Assembly (NCBI RefSeq): GCF_006345805.1
Contig: NC_043019.1
Location: 13,267,360 to 13,331,359 of the forward strand
Source of the DNA: Octopus sinensis
Lineage: Eukaryota
Reading direction: 5' to 3'
Length of the DNA: 64,000 bases
Part shown: one piece after another, positions 38,833 to 51,986 of the stretch
How the letters are laid out: each line of letters starts with the position of its first letter
How positions within the stretch are numbered: position 1 is the first letter of the stretch
Notes under the pieces: model-generated
The model's input: the letters and a program-made list of their open reading frames with translations, nothing else
Databases searched by the model: none
Told to the model about the DNA's origin: nothing
Made by a program: the position numbers and the translations under genes

Positions 38833-39689
38833 TGAAAAATAAATGATGATAAAAGAAAAAAATGAAGGAAAACAACCAAACAAAAACAAAAAAAATCACA
38901 AAAAAAAAACAAGCTGAGATTCCATTTCTGAGCAATCATTTAAAAAGTTCCATGTTCTTCCAAATGGTATATCTGTAATTTTTGAAGAAACTGGCGTAGG
39001 TTTGGTTTGGTTTGGTTTGGTTTGGTTTGGTTAGATTTTTGGTTTCGGCGAGGAGTGAAGAGAAGAAATGGTAACGCCAACCACCGAAGAATATGAAAGA
39101 AATGAAAAAAACTAGCGAAGGAGACAGTTCTTTTTTTCCTGTGTCTTCTTTTGTAAAAAAAATGATTAAGATAAGCATGTCGTCTCTCCGCATCCCCCCC
39201 CCCGACCACTGCCGCCACCGTCATCCAACCATCTCACTGAAATCATTTTCCACTAATCTCTTATATCATCTAAACACCAGCTTGTCTTGATTAATACCAT
39301 TTGAGAGATTAAGAGACAGAGAGAAAAGAAAAAAAAAAGACGACAATAATAACAACAACAATGATAATAATAATGATGATGATGATGATAAAATAATATA
39401 AATAATAGTAATAATAATGATAGTTATAATAGTAACAATAACAGTAATAAGAGCAATAAGAATTGTAGTAGTAGTAGTAGTAATAATAATAATAATAATG
39501 GGAAAATTATATATATATATATATATATACATATAGATATATCCATACATATATGTATGTATATATATTTATGTATGTATATATATGTATGTATGTATAT
39601 ATATATATATATGTGTGTGTATATGTATATATATGTATGTATATATATATATATACATATATATACATATATATATATATACATATATA

Positions 39690-39729
<40 letters not shown>

Positions 39730-40174
39730 CTTCCTTATATAATAAGTGTGGAAAATGATTTCTAGGAAAAATATTCATCTGTTTTTCTTTTTTGTTTTTT
39801 TTTATATATATCGTTTATAGTTTTACTTTTATTTAAGATTTGTTTTTGAGAATTTTTTCTATTAATATTTGCTTTGTTGTTCTGTTTTATTTTGTTTTGT
39901 TCTTTTCTTTTTTCCCTCTCTCTGTCTTTCTCTCTCTTCTGTTTTTGTCAGTTTTGAGAGGACAGACGTATTCAGCATATTTAAGACTTCCAGAAGCGTC
40001 GGTGCATTGGAATAAAATGTCTTTATGCTGTCGACGTTACCGTTTTATGTGACACTCAAATCCCACCAACATTGTTGCTTTTTCCTACCATCTTTACTGC
40101 GTTGATAATAAAAACAATAAAATACCAGTCATGGACTGGGGGTTTTTGTATGTATTTATGTGTGTGTGAGCGTA

Positions 40175-40612
40175 CCTTTTCCTTCTTTGGACACTAAACT
40201 CTACTTGTGAAGACCTTTTGAGGCAAGTGAAATAAAAATCAAATTTGATGATTGGCATCCATGCTAGTATTGTGCCAAGAGCATCATCTGTGCGTGATCA
40301 TTGCCAGAGCGGCTAACCGGCTTCCATGTCAGTGGCACATAAAAGGTACCATTTGAGCATGATTCTTACCAGCGTCGCCTTACTGGCACCTGTGCTGGTG
40401 GCATGTGTAAAAAGATGCGAGTAAGGTCGTTGCCAGTACTGCCTGACTGGCCCTGTGCCGGTGGCACGTAAAAAGCACCCACTACACTCTCAGAGTGGTT
40501 GGCATTAGGAAGGGCATCCAGCTGTAGAAAACCATGCCAAATCAGACTGGAGTCTGGTACAGCCTCCCATCGTTCCAGCCCGGTGAAACCGTCCAACCCA
40601 TGCCAGCGATTC
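40175..40612 (+). mobile_element. Family C copy with the longest 5' extension
   Basis: cttgtgaagaccttttgaggcaagtgaaa matches 11990-12012 (-); cassettes and ggaagggcatccagctgtag follow. Confidence 0.8.
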
Positions 40613-41934
40613 TGGAAGCTCACCACCTTTTATGTTATAACCCTTTCTACTGAAGGGACAAGACTTAAAATTTGAAGGGAAGGGGCTAATTTGATTACAA
40701 GGATTTTATGTTAAGCCAAAGGGAAGGATTACTCTAAACTTTTGGCTGAGTACAAAATTATTGTTCCTTAAGAAGAATTGTATCAATTGTGACTTCGAAG
40801 TTTCTGCCAGCTAAGCTATCATTGAACTGATCAATGATGGTTTGGTTGGCCGAAACTCCAAAGTCACTGTCAATACTATTCTTCTTGAAGGATAATGTGT
40901 GCGTGTATATGTTTGTGTGTGCATGCATATGTTTGTGTGTGTGAGTGTATATATATATATAGATATAGATAGATACATATATGTATATGGACACACATAT
41001 ATGTATATGGAGATATATACACACACACACACACATATATATGTATATATATGTAAGTATATGTAGATACATGTATGTATACATCTATGTATATGTATAT
41101 ATGTGCATGCATTTGTAGATACATGTATATGCGCATGTGTGTGTGTGTATACATACATACATACATATATATATATACGCACACACATACATGCATGTAT
41201 GTATTAAATTAACTATATCATCTGTTATATGTTTTGTATATATATATGCATGTGTGTATATATATATAACGGGAAGCTTTATGAAAATAAACAAAATATA
41301 TATATATACACACACACACGTACACGCATGCATGCATACATGTATGTATTAAATGAGCTATATCATCCGTTATATGCTTTGCATAATCAAACGTTCTCCC
41401 TATAGAAATACGTGTAAATACCAGGGTAGATGTAATCAGCTAAAAACCCTTGATTTCATGAGTAAGAACAACAGAATTTGTTAGGTGGGAATGGTTCCTT
41501 CGCTTTCCTACATTTTACGCAATCCACATTATTGGGTTTTGTTCTATCTGGCTGCATAGATAAACAGATCAGTGAGGCTTAACAACTGATGTGTCCTATC
41601 TACCGAAATCTCTTCCTCTTGGCACCATTTTCCTCCCTTATTCTGACTAATATCTTCACCATTTATCTTACTTTTATTGCGGCAGTACTCAAAGCAATGA
41701 GTTTGTGCAGTCTGCTTGATATGGCTGTTAAAGCTTCCTCAAATCACACCTTACCATCTCAGGTTTTATGGGGTTAACATGCCCATGTTCTAACCACATA
41801 GCTTCAGGTTGAAGCCCACTGTGCAACCAGCACCTTGAGGAAAATGTCTGCTATCACCCTGTGCTAACCAATGCCTTGTTTGAATTTTGGGTAAAGGAAA
41901 CTATGTAGAAGCCCATTTGAGTATTTGTATATCT

Positions 41935-42680
41935 CACCCGAGCGTGATCGTTAACTGCGTTGCCTTACTAGCACTTGTGCCGGGGGCACGTGAAAAAACA
42001 TTCAAGTGAGGTCGTTGCCAGTGCTGCTGGACTGGTTCCTGTGCAGATGACACATAAAAAGCACTATTTGAGTGTGGCTATTGCCAGTACCGCCTGACTG
42101 GCCCTTGTGCCAGTGGCACGTAAAAGCACCCATTACCCTCTTGAGTGGTTGGCATTAGGAAGGGCATCCCGCTGTAGAAACTCTGCCAGATTAGAGTGGA
42201 GCCTGGTTCGCCAGCCCTCAGTCAAATCGTCCAACCCATGCTAGCATGGAAAGCAGACATTAAACGATGATGATGATGTCTCATCAAATTGGTCTTTTAC
42301 CTTGTGACTACTGGTGTTGGTTTGTTTGTGTTCTCCATAACCCAGCAGTTTGGCAAACAGAGGCTTAGAAAATAAGTATGACTCATAAAGTAAGTACTGA
42401 GATTGATTTGAACTGCTAAACTCATCAAGGTGGTGCCCCAGCATGGCCACAGACAGGCCAGTGACAGAAAGAAACTAATTAAAAGATTTCTTTGTCACAC
42501 AAGTGGCACATGGAAAGCACCCATTACATTCTTGATGTGGTTGGCATTAGGAAGGGCTTTCAGCTGTAGAAAGCAGGCCAAATCAGATTGAAACCTAGTG
42601 CAGCTCTCCAGCTTACCAGTTTTCAATCAAACCGTCTAACCCATGCCAGCATGGAAAGCAGACGTTAAATGATGATGATG
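41935..42680 (+). mobile_element. Two family C copies (41935-42278, 42500-42680) separated by a SINE A 3' half
   Basis: Diagnostic blocks and (GAT)n tails. Confidence 0.8.
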
Positions 42681-42684
42681 GATG

Positions 42685-43734
42685 CTTGGTTATTTACATT
42701 GTTTTGAATCATGGATTATCTTGTAGCTTATTATAGATAATCATAGATTATCTTGTAGCTTCGAAATTTTTCAGTGATGTGATTATATATTTTTAGAATG
42801 ACATTGTAGGGTAGGTGTGAGAGGCTGGATCCAGCTGGTTTGAACACAAAACAGGTAAAAATATTTGGGCAGGATATGGCCAGTTTGAGTGCTTAAAGAA
42901 TTAACCCTTTAGCATTCAGTTTAGTCTGCCAAATCTAATGCTTATTTATCCACATCATCTTGGATTACTTACAGATTATCTTGTGGCTTTGAAATTTCAA
43001 TGATGTGACTATATATTTTTAGACTGACATTGTAGAGTTGGCTTAAGACAATGGATCTGGTCAGTTTTAATACAAACAGGTAGAATATTTGGGCCAGATA
43101 TGGCTGGTTTAACCCTTCAGCACTGACATTACTCTGTCAAACATAATTCTTATTCATTCACATTGTCAGGAATTAACCATACGTTATCTTATAGCTTCAA
43201 GAGTTCAATGGCATGTTTACTCTTTTACTCTTTTACTTGTTTCAGTCATTTGACTGCGGCCATGCTGGAGCACCGCCTTTAGTCGAGCAACTCGACCCCG
43301 GGACTTATTCTTTTTTGTAAGCCCAGTACTTATTCTATCGGTCTCTTTTTGCCGAACCGCTAAGTGACGGGGACGTAAACACACCAGCATTGGTTGTCAA
43401 GCAATGCTAGGGGAACAAACACAGATACATACATATATATATATACATATATACGACAGGCTTCTTTCAGTTTCCGTCTACCAAATCCACTCACAAGGCA
43501 TTGGTCGGCCCGGGGCTATAGCAGAAGACACTTGCCCAAAATGCCACGCAGTGGGATTGAACCCGGAACCATGTGGTTGGTTAGCAAGCTACTTACCACA
43601 CAGCCACTCCTGTTTGTATAAATTTAGAATGACATTGTAGGCTAGGTGTGAGAGACGGGATCTGGTCAGTTTTAGCACAAAATGGGTTGAATATTTGGGC
43701 CAGATATGGACGGATTAAATGCTAAAGGGGTTAA
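42685..43734 (+). mobile_element. Array of three MITE E copies; the third is split by a SINE A
   Basis: ttaaccctttagcatt at 42901, ttaacccttcagcact at about 43109, right TIR aatgctaaaggggttaa ending at 43734. Confidence 0.8.
43219..43612 (-). mobile_element. Young full-length SINE A nested in MITE E
   Basis: Near-identical to 1086-1506; tgttt at 43214-18 and 43611-15 is a possible target-site duplication. Confidence 0.9.
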
Positions 43735-44459
43735 ATTAAGAAGAAAAAAAAGATGCTATGGAGAATGTAATGACGTCTGTTATACAAAATAGACAGGATG
43801 GTCAAAGTTGGAATACCTTTGATCACAGCCATAACACTGTTCAGTCAAGGGGCTGGGGTGGAGCTTAACAGCAACAACAACAACAACAGCAGCGGCATTG
43901 TATGTTCAAACATTTCGCTTTCACATAGAATCTACCAAAGTATGAAGCAGTCTTTGAGAAACATTTATCATTTCCTCTAATCTGTATGTTTCTTTGCTTT
44001 GTAAAAGGCTAAATATATTTAAACCCCGAACCTACCCACCCACCCACCCATCCATCCCTTCCGCCGTTTGTCCCCCCCCCCACACACACACACTGCTTGT
44101 ATTATGCCCATCTTTTACATGTGTGGTAATGTCATTAAAAGATTAAACGATTTCGGCAATGATTATCGGTATTCCGACATCAGACCGGAATCCGTAGATA
44201 AATGTCTTCTTTGAAAACCTACTCCTCTCCGTTTTTGCTCTTCTTTGTTTGATACAATATTTCATCTATTTAGTTCTTGCTCAGCCTCTTCCTCTTCCTG
44301 ACCGTTTCCATTCCTACCTTCGGGCTTCCAGCAGTCTCTCGCTTTCTTCCCACGGTAACGATGTATTTGTCGGCTTCCTCTGTTTATTATAGGAAACACC
44401 TCGACAACAAACGCTATTCAAAAAAGAATTTATGATAAAGATATTCATACTTGATAGCT

Positions 44460-45135
44460 TTTGTATCTTTTTCTTGTTTCAGTCATTGGACTGCGGCCAT
44501 GCCACGGCACCCGCCTTGAAGAATTTTTAGTTGAACGAATTGACCCCAGTACGAATAATTTTTTGGAAGCCCACTATTTGTCTTTTTTGCCAAACTCCTA
44601 AGTTGCTGAGGCATGAGCGCACCAATGCCGCTGTCAAATGGAGGTGGGAACAAACACATACAAAAAAACACACTCATGTAGATATATATATAGGCGCAGC
44701 TGTGTGGCAAGAAACCCGCAAGCACATGGTTGCAGGTTCAGTTCTATTGCGTGGTACCTTGACCAAGTGTTTTCCACCATGGCTTTGGACCAACTAAAGC
44801 TTTGTGAGTGGATTCGGTAGACAAAAACTGAAGGTCCTATATATATATATGTATATATATGTACACATGTGTGTGTGTCTTTGTGTTCATGTTTGTGCCC
44901 CTCTCACCACCACCTCTACCTAACAACCAGTGTTCGTGTTTTTGCATCCCTAGAACTTAGTGGTTTGGGTCAATTTCTTCGACTAAAACCCTTTAAGGCT
45001 ATGCTCCAGCATAGCCACATCAAATGACTAAAACAAGTAAGGGATATAAAAGAATATACAACAGGCTTCTTTCAGTTTCTGTCCATCAAGTCCACTCACG
45101 AGGCATTGATCAACCCAGGTCTATAATAGAAGATA
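44460..45135. mobile_element. Cluster of diverged SINE A pieces (- 44460-44650, + 44692-45052, - 45060-45135)
   Basis: Head, body and tail blocks of family A in alternating orientation. Confidence 0.7.
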
Positions 45136-45139
45136 GACA

Positions 45140-45576
45140 TGGCAGTGAGCTGGCAGAAACGTTAGCACGTCAGGCGAAATGCTTAGCAGTATTTCATCTG
45201 CTGATATGTTCTGAGTTCAAATTCCACAGACAATCGACCCCAGTGCTTAACTGGTACTTAATTTATCAACCCTGAAAGGATGAAAGGCAAAGTCGACCTC
45301 GGCAAAATTTGAACTCAGAACATAACAGCAGACGAAATATCTATTTCTTTACTTACCCACAAGGGGCTAAACACAGAGGGGACGAACGAGGACAGACAAA
45401 CGGATTAAATCGATTACATCGACCCCAGTGCGTAACTGGTACTTAATTTATCGACCGCGAAAGGATGAAAGGCAAAGTTGACCTCGGCGGAATTTGAACT
45501 CAGAACATAACGGCAGACGAAACACGGCTACGCATTTCGCCCGGCGTGCTAACGGTTCTACCAGCTCACCGCCTTA
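45140..45576. mobile_element. SINE B head (+, 45140-45228) fused to an inverted SINE B dimer (-, 45232-45576)
   Basis: gagctggcagaaacgttagc...gagttcaaattcc on +, and its reverse complement at about 45490-45576. Confidence 0.85.
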
Positions 45577-46398
45577 ACATATAAAATACTAATACTGCAA
45601 CAACAGATTACTAAATATACTGTGAGAGGGATCAAGAAATTTCCGGAAGCAAAGTTCGTTGCGTTGATCTCTTCAAATATCTGATGTACAACCTCTATAT
45701 CTTCGTTAAGGGTATTTAACATCATCATTTAACATTCGGAAGCATATTTCCTTCTGTTTTGACAGGATTAGGACAGTCTAAAGCCAGTTCGTTAATTATC
45801 TTTAACCCATGTTTTTTTTTCTTATTTTTTCGGTTTTAATCTTAATTTGTTTTTGTTTTTTGTTTTTTTGTTTCTAATTTCTTTAGTTTCATTTAAAACC
45901 CCTTCGAGGCTTTTTAAGGGCTTTCTTTCCTCTCCTTTCTTTCATTGTCTCGTTAAAAGCAGATTCATTAAGTTTTTCCTTCGTATTGTCAGTTCTTCAT
46001 ATCAATTTTTTTTTTTTTTAATTCTTTTTTTTTCTTCCCCAAAATTTCTGTGGAATATAACAGCAGTGGTGGGGACGTTAGTGGTGAGTGAGTGGGGTGC
46101 AGAGAAAGTGAATAAACGAAAAAAATTTTAATAAGATAATTAATTATTGTAATTTATCGACCATTTTTGCATGTGAAGAATATAACGTAATTATAGTAAT
46201 TGTTGATCTCTTCTTGTGAGAATGTTTTATATGAAAGGAAATCTTCATGGTGCAATCGTATTTCATATCTCAAAACGGAATCCAGTGAAGAAACTTCTAC
46301 ACAGTTTCTCAACCTGCTAGAAATAGCAGTCAAATCTCCATCAACTCACATATCTTATCATGGAAAAGAAAAACTTAAATGTTTGAGATAATGTAGCC

Positions 46399-46878
46399 CT
46401 GAAATACAAACATACTCCTGATATGACAGGATGGTCACAGCTGGATTGGCTTTAGTTATAGCTCTGTTTGGTTGTGTGGTGAGAAATTTGCTTCCCAACC
46501 ACGTGGTTCTGGGTTCAGTCCCACTGCATGACACCTTGGGCAAGTGTCTTCTACTAGAGCTTCAGGCTGAAATACAAACATACTCCCGATATGACAGGAT
46601 GGTCACATCTGGAATGGCTTTAGTTATAGTTCTGTTTGGTTGTGTGGGGAGAAGTTTGCTTCCCAACCACGTGGTTCTGGGTTCAGTCCCACTGCATGAC
46701 ACCTTGGGCAAGTGTCTTCTACTAGAGCTTCAGGCTGAAATGCAAACATACTCCTGATATGACAGGATGGTCACATCTGGAATGGCTTTAGTTATAGCTC
46801 TGTTTGGTTGTGTGGTGAGAAGTTTGCTTCCCAACCACGTGGTTCTGGGTTCAGTCCCACTGCATGACACCTTGGGCG
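46399..46878 (+). repeat. 168-bp tandem repeat x3 containing a SINE A head; the last unit continues as a SINE body to about 47185
   Basis: tgaaat(a/g)caaacatactcc at 46400, 46568, 46736. Confidence 0.93.
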
Positions 46879-48419
46879 TCTACTATTATAGCTTCAGGCT
46901 GACAAAAAGTCTTGTGAGTGGATTTGATAGATGGAAACTGAAAGAAGTCTATCATATGTGTGTAGATATATGTTTCTATGTGTGTGTGTGTGTGTGTTTG
47001 TATTTCTCCCCCAGCACCGCTTTGACAACCGGCGTTGGTGTGTTTATGTCTATGTAACTTAGCGGTTCGGCAAAAGACACCAATAGAATAAGTACCGTAC
47101 CAGTAAGTACTGGGGTTGATACATTTGACAAAGAAGATTCTTAGAGGTGGTGCTCCAGCATGGCTGCAGTCAAGTAAAAATGAAAAACAGGGTAATAAGG
47201 CATTAAGCACTGATCTTATGCTGACCCCTGAGGATTCCATGTTTTGCGCACGGAAACTGGTAGCATCTTGTCAGGTCCAAGTCTCTCTCTCTCTCTCTCT
47301 CACATGCACACACAAAATAAAACTCTTTCTCTGTTGTTGGTGCAAGGCCTGGTATTTATGAGGGAGAGAGATCAACCCCAGTACATGATTGGTATTTATA
47401 CATCCCCCGTAACTTAGCAGTTTGGCAAAAGTAACTGATGGAATAAGTACCAGGCTTACAAAGGAAGTTATTAAAATGTGTTTGATATCTAAGTATTTCA
47501 AATTTCAGAAAAGAATGTTGTTCTACTACTATCACCACCACTACTGTTACTACTTCTACTACCACCACCACCACCACTACTGCTACTACTTCTACCACTG
47601 CTACTACCACCACCACCACCACCACCACTACTATTGAGTTTTATGGATTCTGTTTGCTGAATAATATTCTGTTGACTCTGAAATGGAAGAAAAATTCTTA
47701 CATAAGCAAACGAGAGAGAAAGAAAAATACTCCATTTTTTTTCTTTTCTAAATTTTGAAATTCATTTTCTTTTTTCACGGTTTTTTCTACCCCCACCTCT
47801 CTCTCTCTACCTGTTTCTAATTCTTTTATTCTCTCTCAATCTCTCTTGCTCTCCTTCTCAATCTCTCTCACTCATTCATTCTCAATTTCTTTTTCTTTCT
47901 TTGTTAATCTATCTCTTCCCCTCTCTCTCTCTCCCACTCTTCCTCAATCTCACATTTTCCCTCTCTGTCTCTCTTTTCTCTCCCTCCCTCTCTTTCTCTA
48001 ATAAAGTTTCAAATCCTATCTCTCTATCTTTCCATTTTTATCCCCACCTCTCTCTCAGTGTTTCTAATTCTTTCACTCTCTCTCACTCCTTCTCTCTCTT
48101 TCTCTCTCAATCACTCTTGCTCTCTTTCTCAATCCGCCTTCATCATCATCATCATCATCGTTGTTGCACGCGTTATATCCCTCCATATCGCGATATCATT
48201 GCAAGCACACTATTTACAAGAATTAATGCTACTCCTTAATCTAGACTAATCTGCATTGAAACCATTTCTTAAGAGAAAAAAAATCTCTCCGGAGAGTTCT
48301 TACTGGATTTCTCTTTCCTCACCCTTTGCCACCACTACCACCACCACCATCGCCACCACCACCACCACCATACACTTTTTATAGCTTTAAATTTATTATT
48401 ATTATTATTATTATTAGTT

Positions 48420-48627
48420 TTAAGGTGGCGAGCTGGCAGAAGCTGGGCAAAATGCTTAGCGGTATTTCGCCTGTTGCTACGTTCTGAGTTCAAATTCCAC
48501 CGAGGTAGACTTTGCCTTTCACTCTTCAGGGTCGATGAAATAAGTACCAGCTTAGCACTGGGGTCAATGTAATCAACTTGTCGCCCCCCCAAAAAAATTT
48601 CAAGCCTTGTGCCTATGGTAGAAAGGA

Positions 48628-48671
<44 letters not shown>

Positions 48672-48888
48672 GATGGCGAGCTGGCAGAGTCGTTAGCACA
48701 TCAGGTGAAATGTTTAGCGGTACTTTGTCCGTTTTTATGTTCTGAGTTCAAATTCTGCCAAGGTCAACTTTGCCTTTCATCTTTTCGAGGTTGATAAATT
48801 AAGTACCAGTTGAGTACTGGGGTTCAATGTGATCAACTGTTCCCTCCTCACAAAATCCAGGCTTTGTGCCTATAGTTGAAAGGATTAT
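48420..48888 (+). mobile_element. Two SINE B copies with an alternative tail ending in (ATT)n
   Basis: Heads ggcgagctggcaga at about 48427 and 48675; tails ttgtgcctat.gt.gaaaggatt(att)n. Confidence 0.85.
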
Positions 48889-49547
48889 TATTGTTATTGT
48901 TATTATTATTATTATTGTTATCTTTTTTTTCTTCTTTCAAATTTGCTTCCATTACTTGCCGAGTGTCTTCCCGACTCCTAGGGCAAAGAAACTCATAGTA
49001 TACATTGGTAGGCCATTAAACTAATCTCACTAGTTCGTTCATTTTTTTTTTTAAAGTTAAATTAAAATACATGGGTAGTAATAATATTATTATTATTATT
49101 ATTATTCATTTTTTTTTGTTTTTTTCTTTTGGTTCGTTTTACTTTTGTTCCAAGACGAGATATTATCAACTTTTATGCCGGCCATACTTCAATATAATAC
49201 TGTAGTCCAATTTTCAAATTATTGATAATAACCAATTTGATTTCACAACAACAACAACAACTGCAAAATAAATAATGGTTTTGTGTTTATGAAACAAAAA
49301 ATGTGAAATCACACACACATACACATATATCACACAGTAAGACATTTTTTCACCAATATTGTTGTTGTTATTTTTGCAGTTTCTACTTCCTCTCATTCTT
49401 GTCAGTCTATCATCTCTAAAAGTCGTTTGTTCTCAAATATGATTTTCAAGTCTTTTAATTAACTGGCAAATGCATCTCTATGCATACAAACACACATACA
49501 CACACACTTATGTCATCACAAACCATGCAAATATATATATATATATA

Positions 49548-49931
49548 TGCGTAGCTGAGATACCAGTGCCGGTGGCACCTAAGAGAACCGTCCGAACGTG
49601 GCCGTTGCCAGCGCCGCCCTGACTGGCCTCCGTGCCGGTGGCATGCAAAAAAGCACCATCTAATCGTGGCCGTTTGCCAGCCTCGTCTGGCCCCCGTGCC
49701 AGTGGCACGTAAAAAGCACCATCCGATCGTGGCCGTTTGCCAGCCTTGTCTGGCACCTGTGCAGGTGGCACATAAAAAGCACCCACTACACTCACGGAGT
49801 GGTTGGCGTTAGGAAGGGCATCCAGCTGTAGAAACTCTGCCAGATCAGACTGGGCCTGGCACAGCCTCCTGGCTTCCCAGACCCCAGTTGAACCATCCAA
49901 CCCATGCTAGCATGGAGAACGGACGCTAAAC

Positions 49932-49962
<31 letters not shown>
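49548..49962 (+). mobile_element. Family C copy with four hairpin cassettes
   Basis: gtgc(c/a)(g/a)gtggca at about 49566, 49632, 49696, 49759; (GAT)n tail. Confidence 0.88.
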
Positions 49963-50004
49963 CACACACACACAGACAAACCCTGTAGATATTTACTATT
50001 TTTG

Positions 50005-50220
50005 CTCTTTTACTTGTTTCAGTCATTTGACTGTGGCCATGCTGGAGCACCGCCTTTAGTCAACCAAATCGACACCAGGACTTATTTTTTGTAAGCCTAG
50101 TACTTATTCTATCGGTCTCTCTTGCCGAACCGCTAAGTTGCGGGGACGTAAACACACTAGCATTGGTTGTCGAGCGATGTTGGGGTGACAAACACAGACA
50201 CACAAACATATATACACACA
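50005..50220 (-). mobile_element. SINE A 3' half
   Basis: Matches 1095-1310. Confidence 0.85.
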
Positions 50221-50239
50221 CATACATACATACATACAT

Positions 50240-50280
<41 letters not shown>

Positions 50281-50316
50281 TATATATATGTATGTATATA
50301 TATATATATATATATG

Positions 50317-50350
<34 letters not shown>

Positions 50351-50351
<1 letters not shown>

Positions 50352-50640
50352 CGGGAAGGTTTACGAAAATAAACAAAAGACGAAGGCAGGTGGAGTACAA
50401 ACAAACAAATGTATTAGTATGGCACTCACGAATAGAAATATATACATATAGTCAAAATAAGCAACAGGATATCAAGTAGTAATGCAGTACAACCGTTTCA
50501 AGCAAGTCCATTTAATTGAACAGTGCAATCATTACATTAATTTTGATTTTATTCACCTTCAGGCCATGTGGATAGTACCGGACTGACTTGGTGCTTCAAC
50601 TTAATTACTCAATTCAACTGAATCTTAATTATTTCTTATA
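50351..50640 (-). mobile_element. Penelope-like pLTR remnant in (TA)n
   Basis: 3' end homologous to 7405-7490; minus-strand cctgaaggtga...cttgaaacggttgta resembles a hammerhead core. Confidence 0.5.
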
Positions 50641-51683
50641 TATATATATGTAGGGGGTCCATAAATAACAGACATCACTAAATATATCCCCAATGGTTGT
50701 TATATGTTTTTGATAACAGAATAGGTTAGACAGGATGATGTCTATATTACAATAACCAGTAATATGTTGTGCATGTATAGGAGTATTATGATCAAGAAAT
50801 TATCTTTAGCTTATCTCACTCTTTCTCGCGGAACCTTTTGCGGAACCCTGGTTGAGATACGCTGTGGTACATGGTCACTCAGCCTGCTTGAAATAGCAGT
50901 GACATCCCCTTGTGCAGTGTAAAAAAAAAAAAAGCACCCTGTACACTCTGTTGAGTGGTCGGTGTCAGGCAGAGGGCATCCAGCTGTCGATATCATACCA
51001 AAACAGACAACTGATGCTTGGTGCCGCTCTCCTACCAGCCAGCTTCTGTCAAACCATCGGATCCATGCCAGCCAAGAAAATGGACGCTAAATGATTATGA
51101 TGGTTATGATGATGATGATGATGATGCTTGTTTAATGAGGGTTGACTTGGTGCATAACGAAAATGACCATGGTGGATTTGAGCCTTGTGATCTCAACAGG
51201 AGGGATAATGCCAAATGTTGTCTTTCGGTGCTCTACCATCTCCGCCGTTTGCTCCGATCCTTCTGGAGAGAAACAGTGAAACTGTTCAGCTTAAGTAAGC
51301 GTGACAAGAATATTGAGCAATTAAATGTTAATTTCATTAATTAATTTGATTGACGTTAAAGACGAGCAACATGTTACTACTTTGTTATTGCAGAGTTTTG
51401 GGTAAAGTTAATCTCATTTCACACACTAATACTTTTCAATGGCACTCTGACGGTGGTGGTGGTGGTGGTGGTGGTGGTGGTGATGGTGTGGTACTGGTAA
51501 TGGTGATGATAATGTTGTTGGTAGAGATGATGATGGTGGTGGTAGTATTGGTGATGGTGGCAGTGCTGTTGTTAGAGTCAGTGGGTATGTTGGCGATGGT
51601 GTTGACGGCGCTGTTTTCTTCTTCCAATCAGGACTCATGCCATTAGCCACAGAGAATAATCTCTAATAATAATAATAATTCGT

Positions 51684-51886
51684 TCGTTTATTGGCCACAA
51701 GGGCAAACAAAAATCAATTAAAACATAAAGGGACAAAACACAGGACGAAAGTTACAAAGGGTTTTGTCCGTTTGAAAAAGGTCCGTGTAGAAAAGCAGGA
51801 TAACAACAAAAAATAAGTAACAATTAAAACTCCCAATAGAGGGAGGCGCTTTGAAAGGTTACTCATGGAAAAACCCATAAAAGCCA
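51684..51886 (-). mobile_element. LINE 3' UTR running into the assembly gap
   Basis: Minus strand ends ttgtccctttatgttt...tgcccttgtggccaataaa, similar to 7211-7251 and the SINE B tail. Confidence 0.55.
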
Positions 51887-51986
51887 NNNNNNNNNNNNNN
51901 NNNNNNNNNNNNNNNNNNNNNNNNNNNNNNNNNNNNNNNNNNNNNNNNNNNNNNNNNNNNNNNNNNNNNNNNNNNNNNNNNNNNNN
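51887..51986. other. Assembly gap (100 N, arbitrary size)
   Basis: Run of exactly 100 N. Confidence 1.

Noticed and set aside
39950-40052. Strong pyrimidine tract + AG followed by a short open frame
   Set aside because: No convincing donor and no recognisable peptide; the tract is simple-repeat-like.
46431-47057. ORFs with a 56-aa internal repeat
   Set aside because: Result of a 168-bp (multiple of 3) tandem duplication of a SINE head.
49980-49990. accctgtagat, matching the start of miR-10
   Set aside because: Only 11 nt match; it lies between repeats with no hairpin partner.
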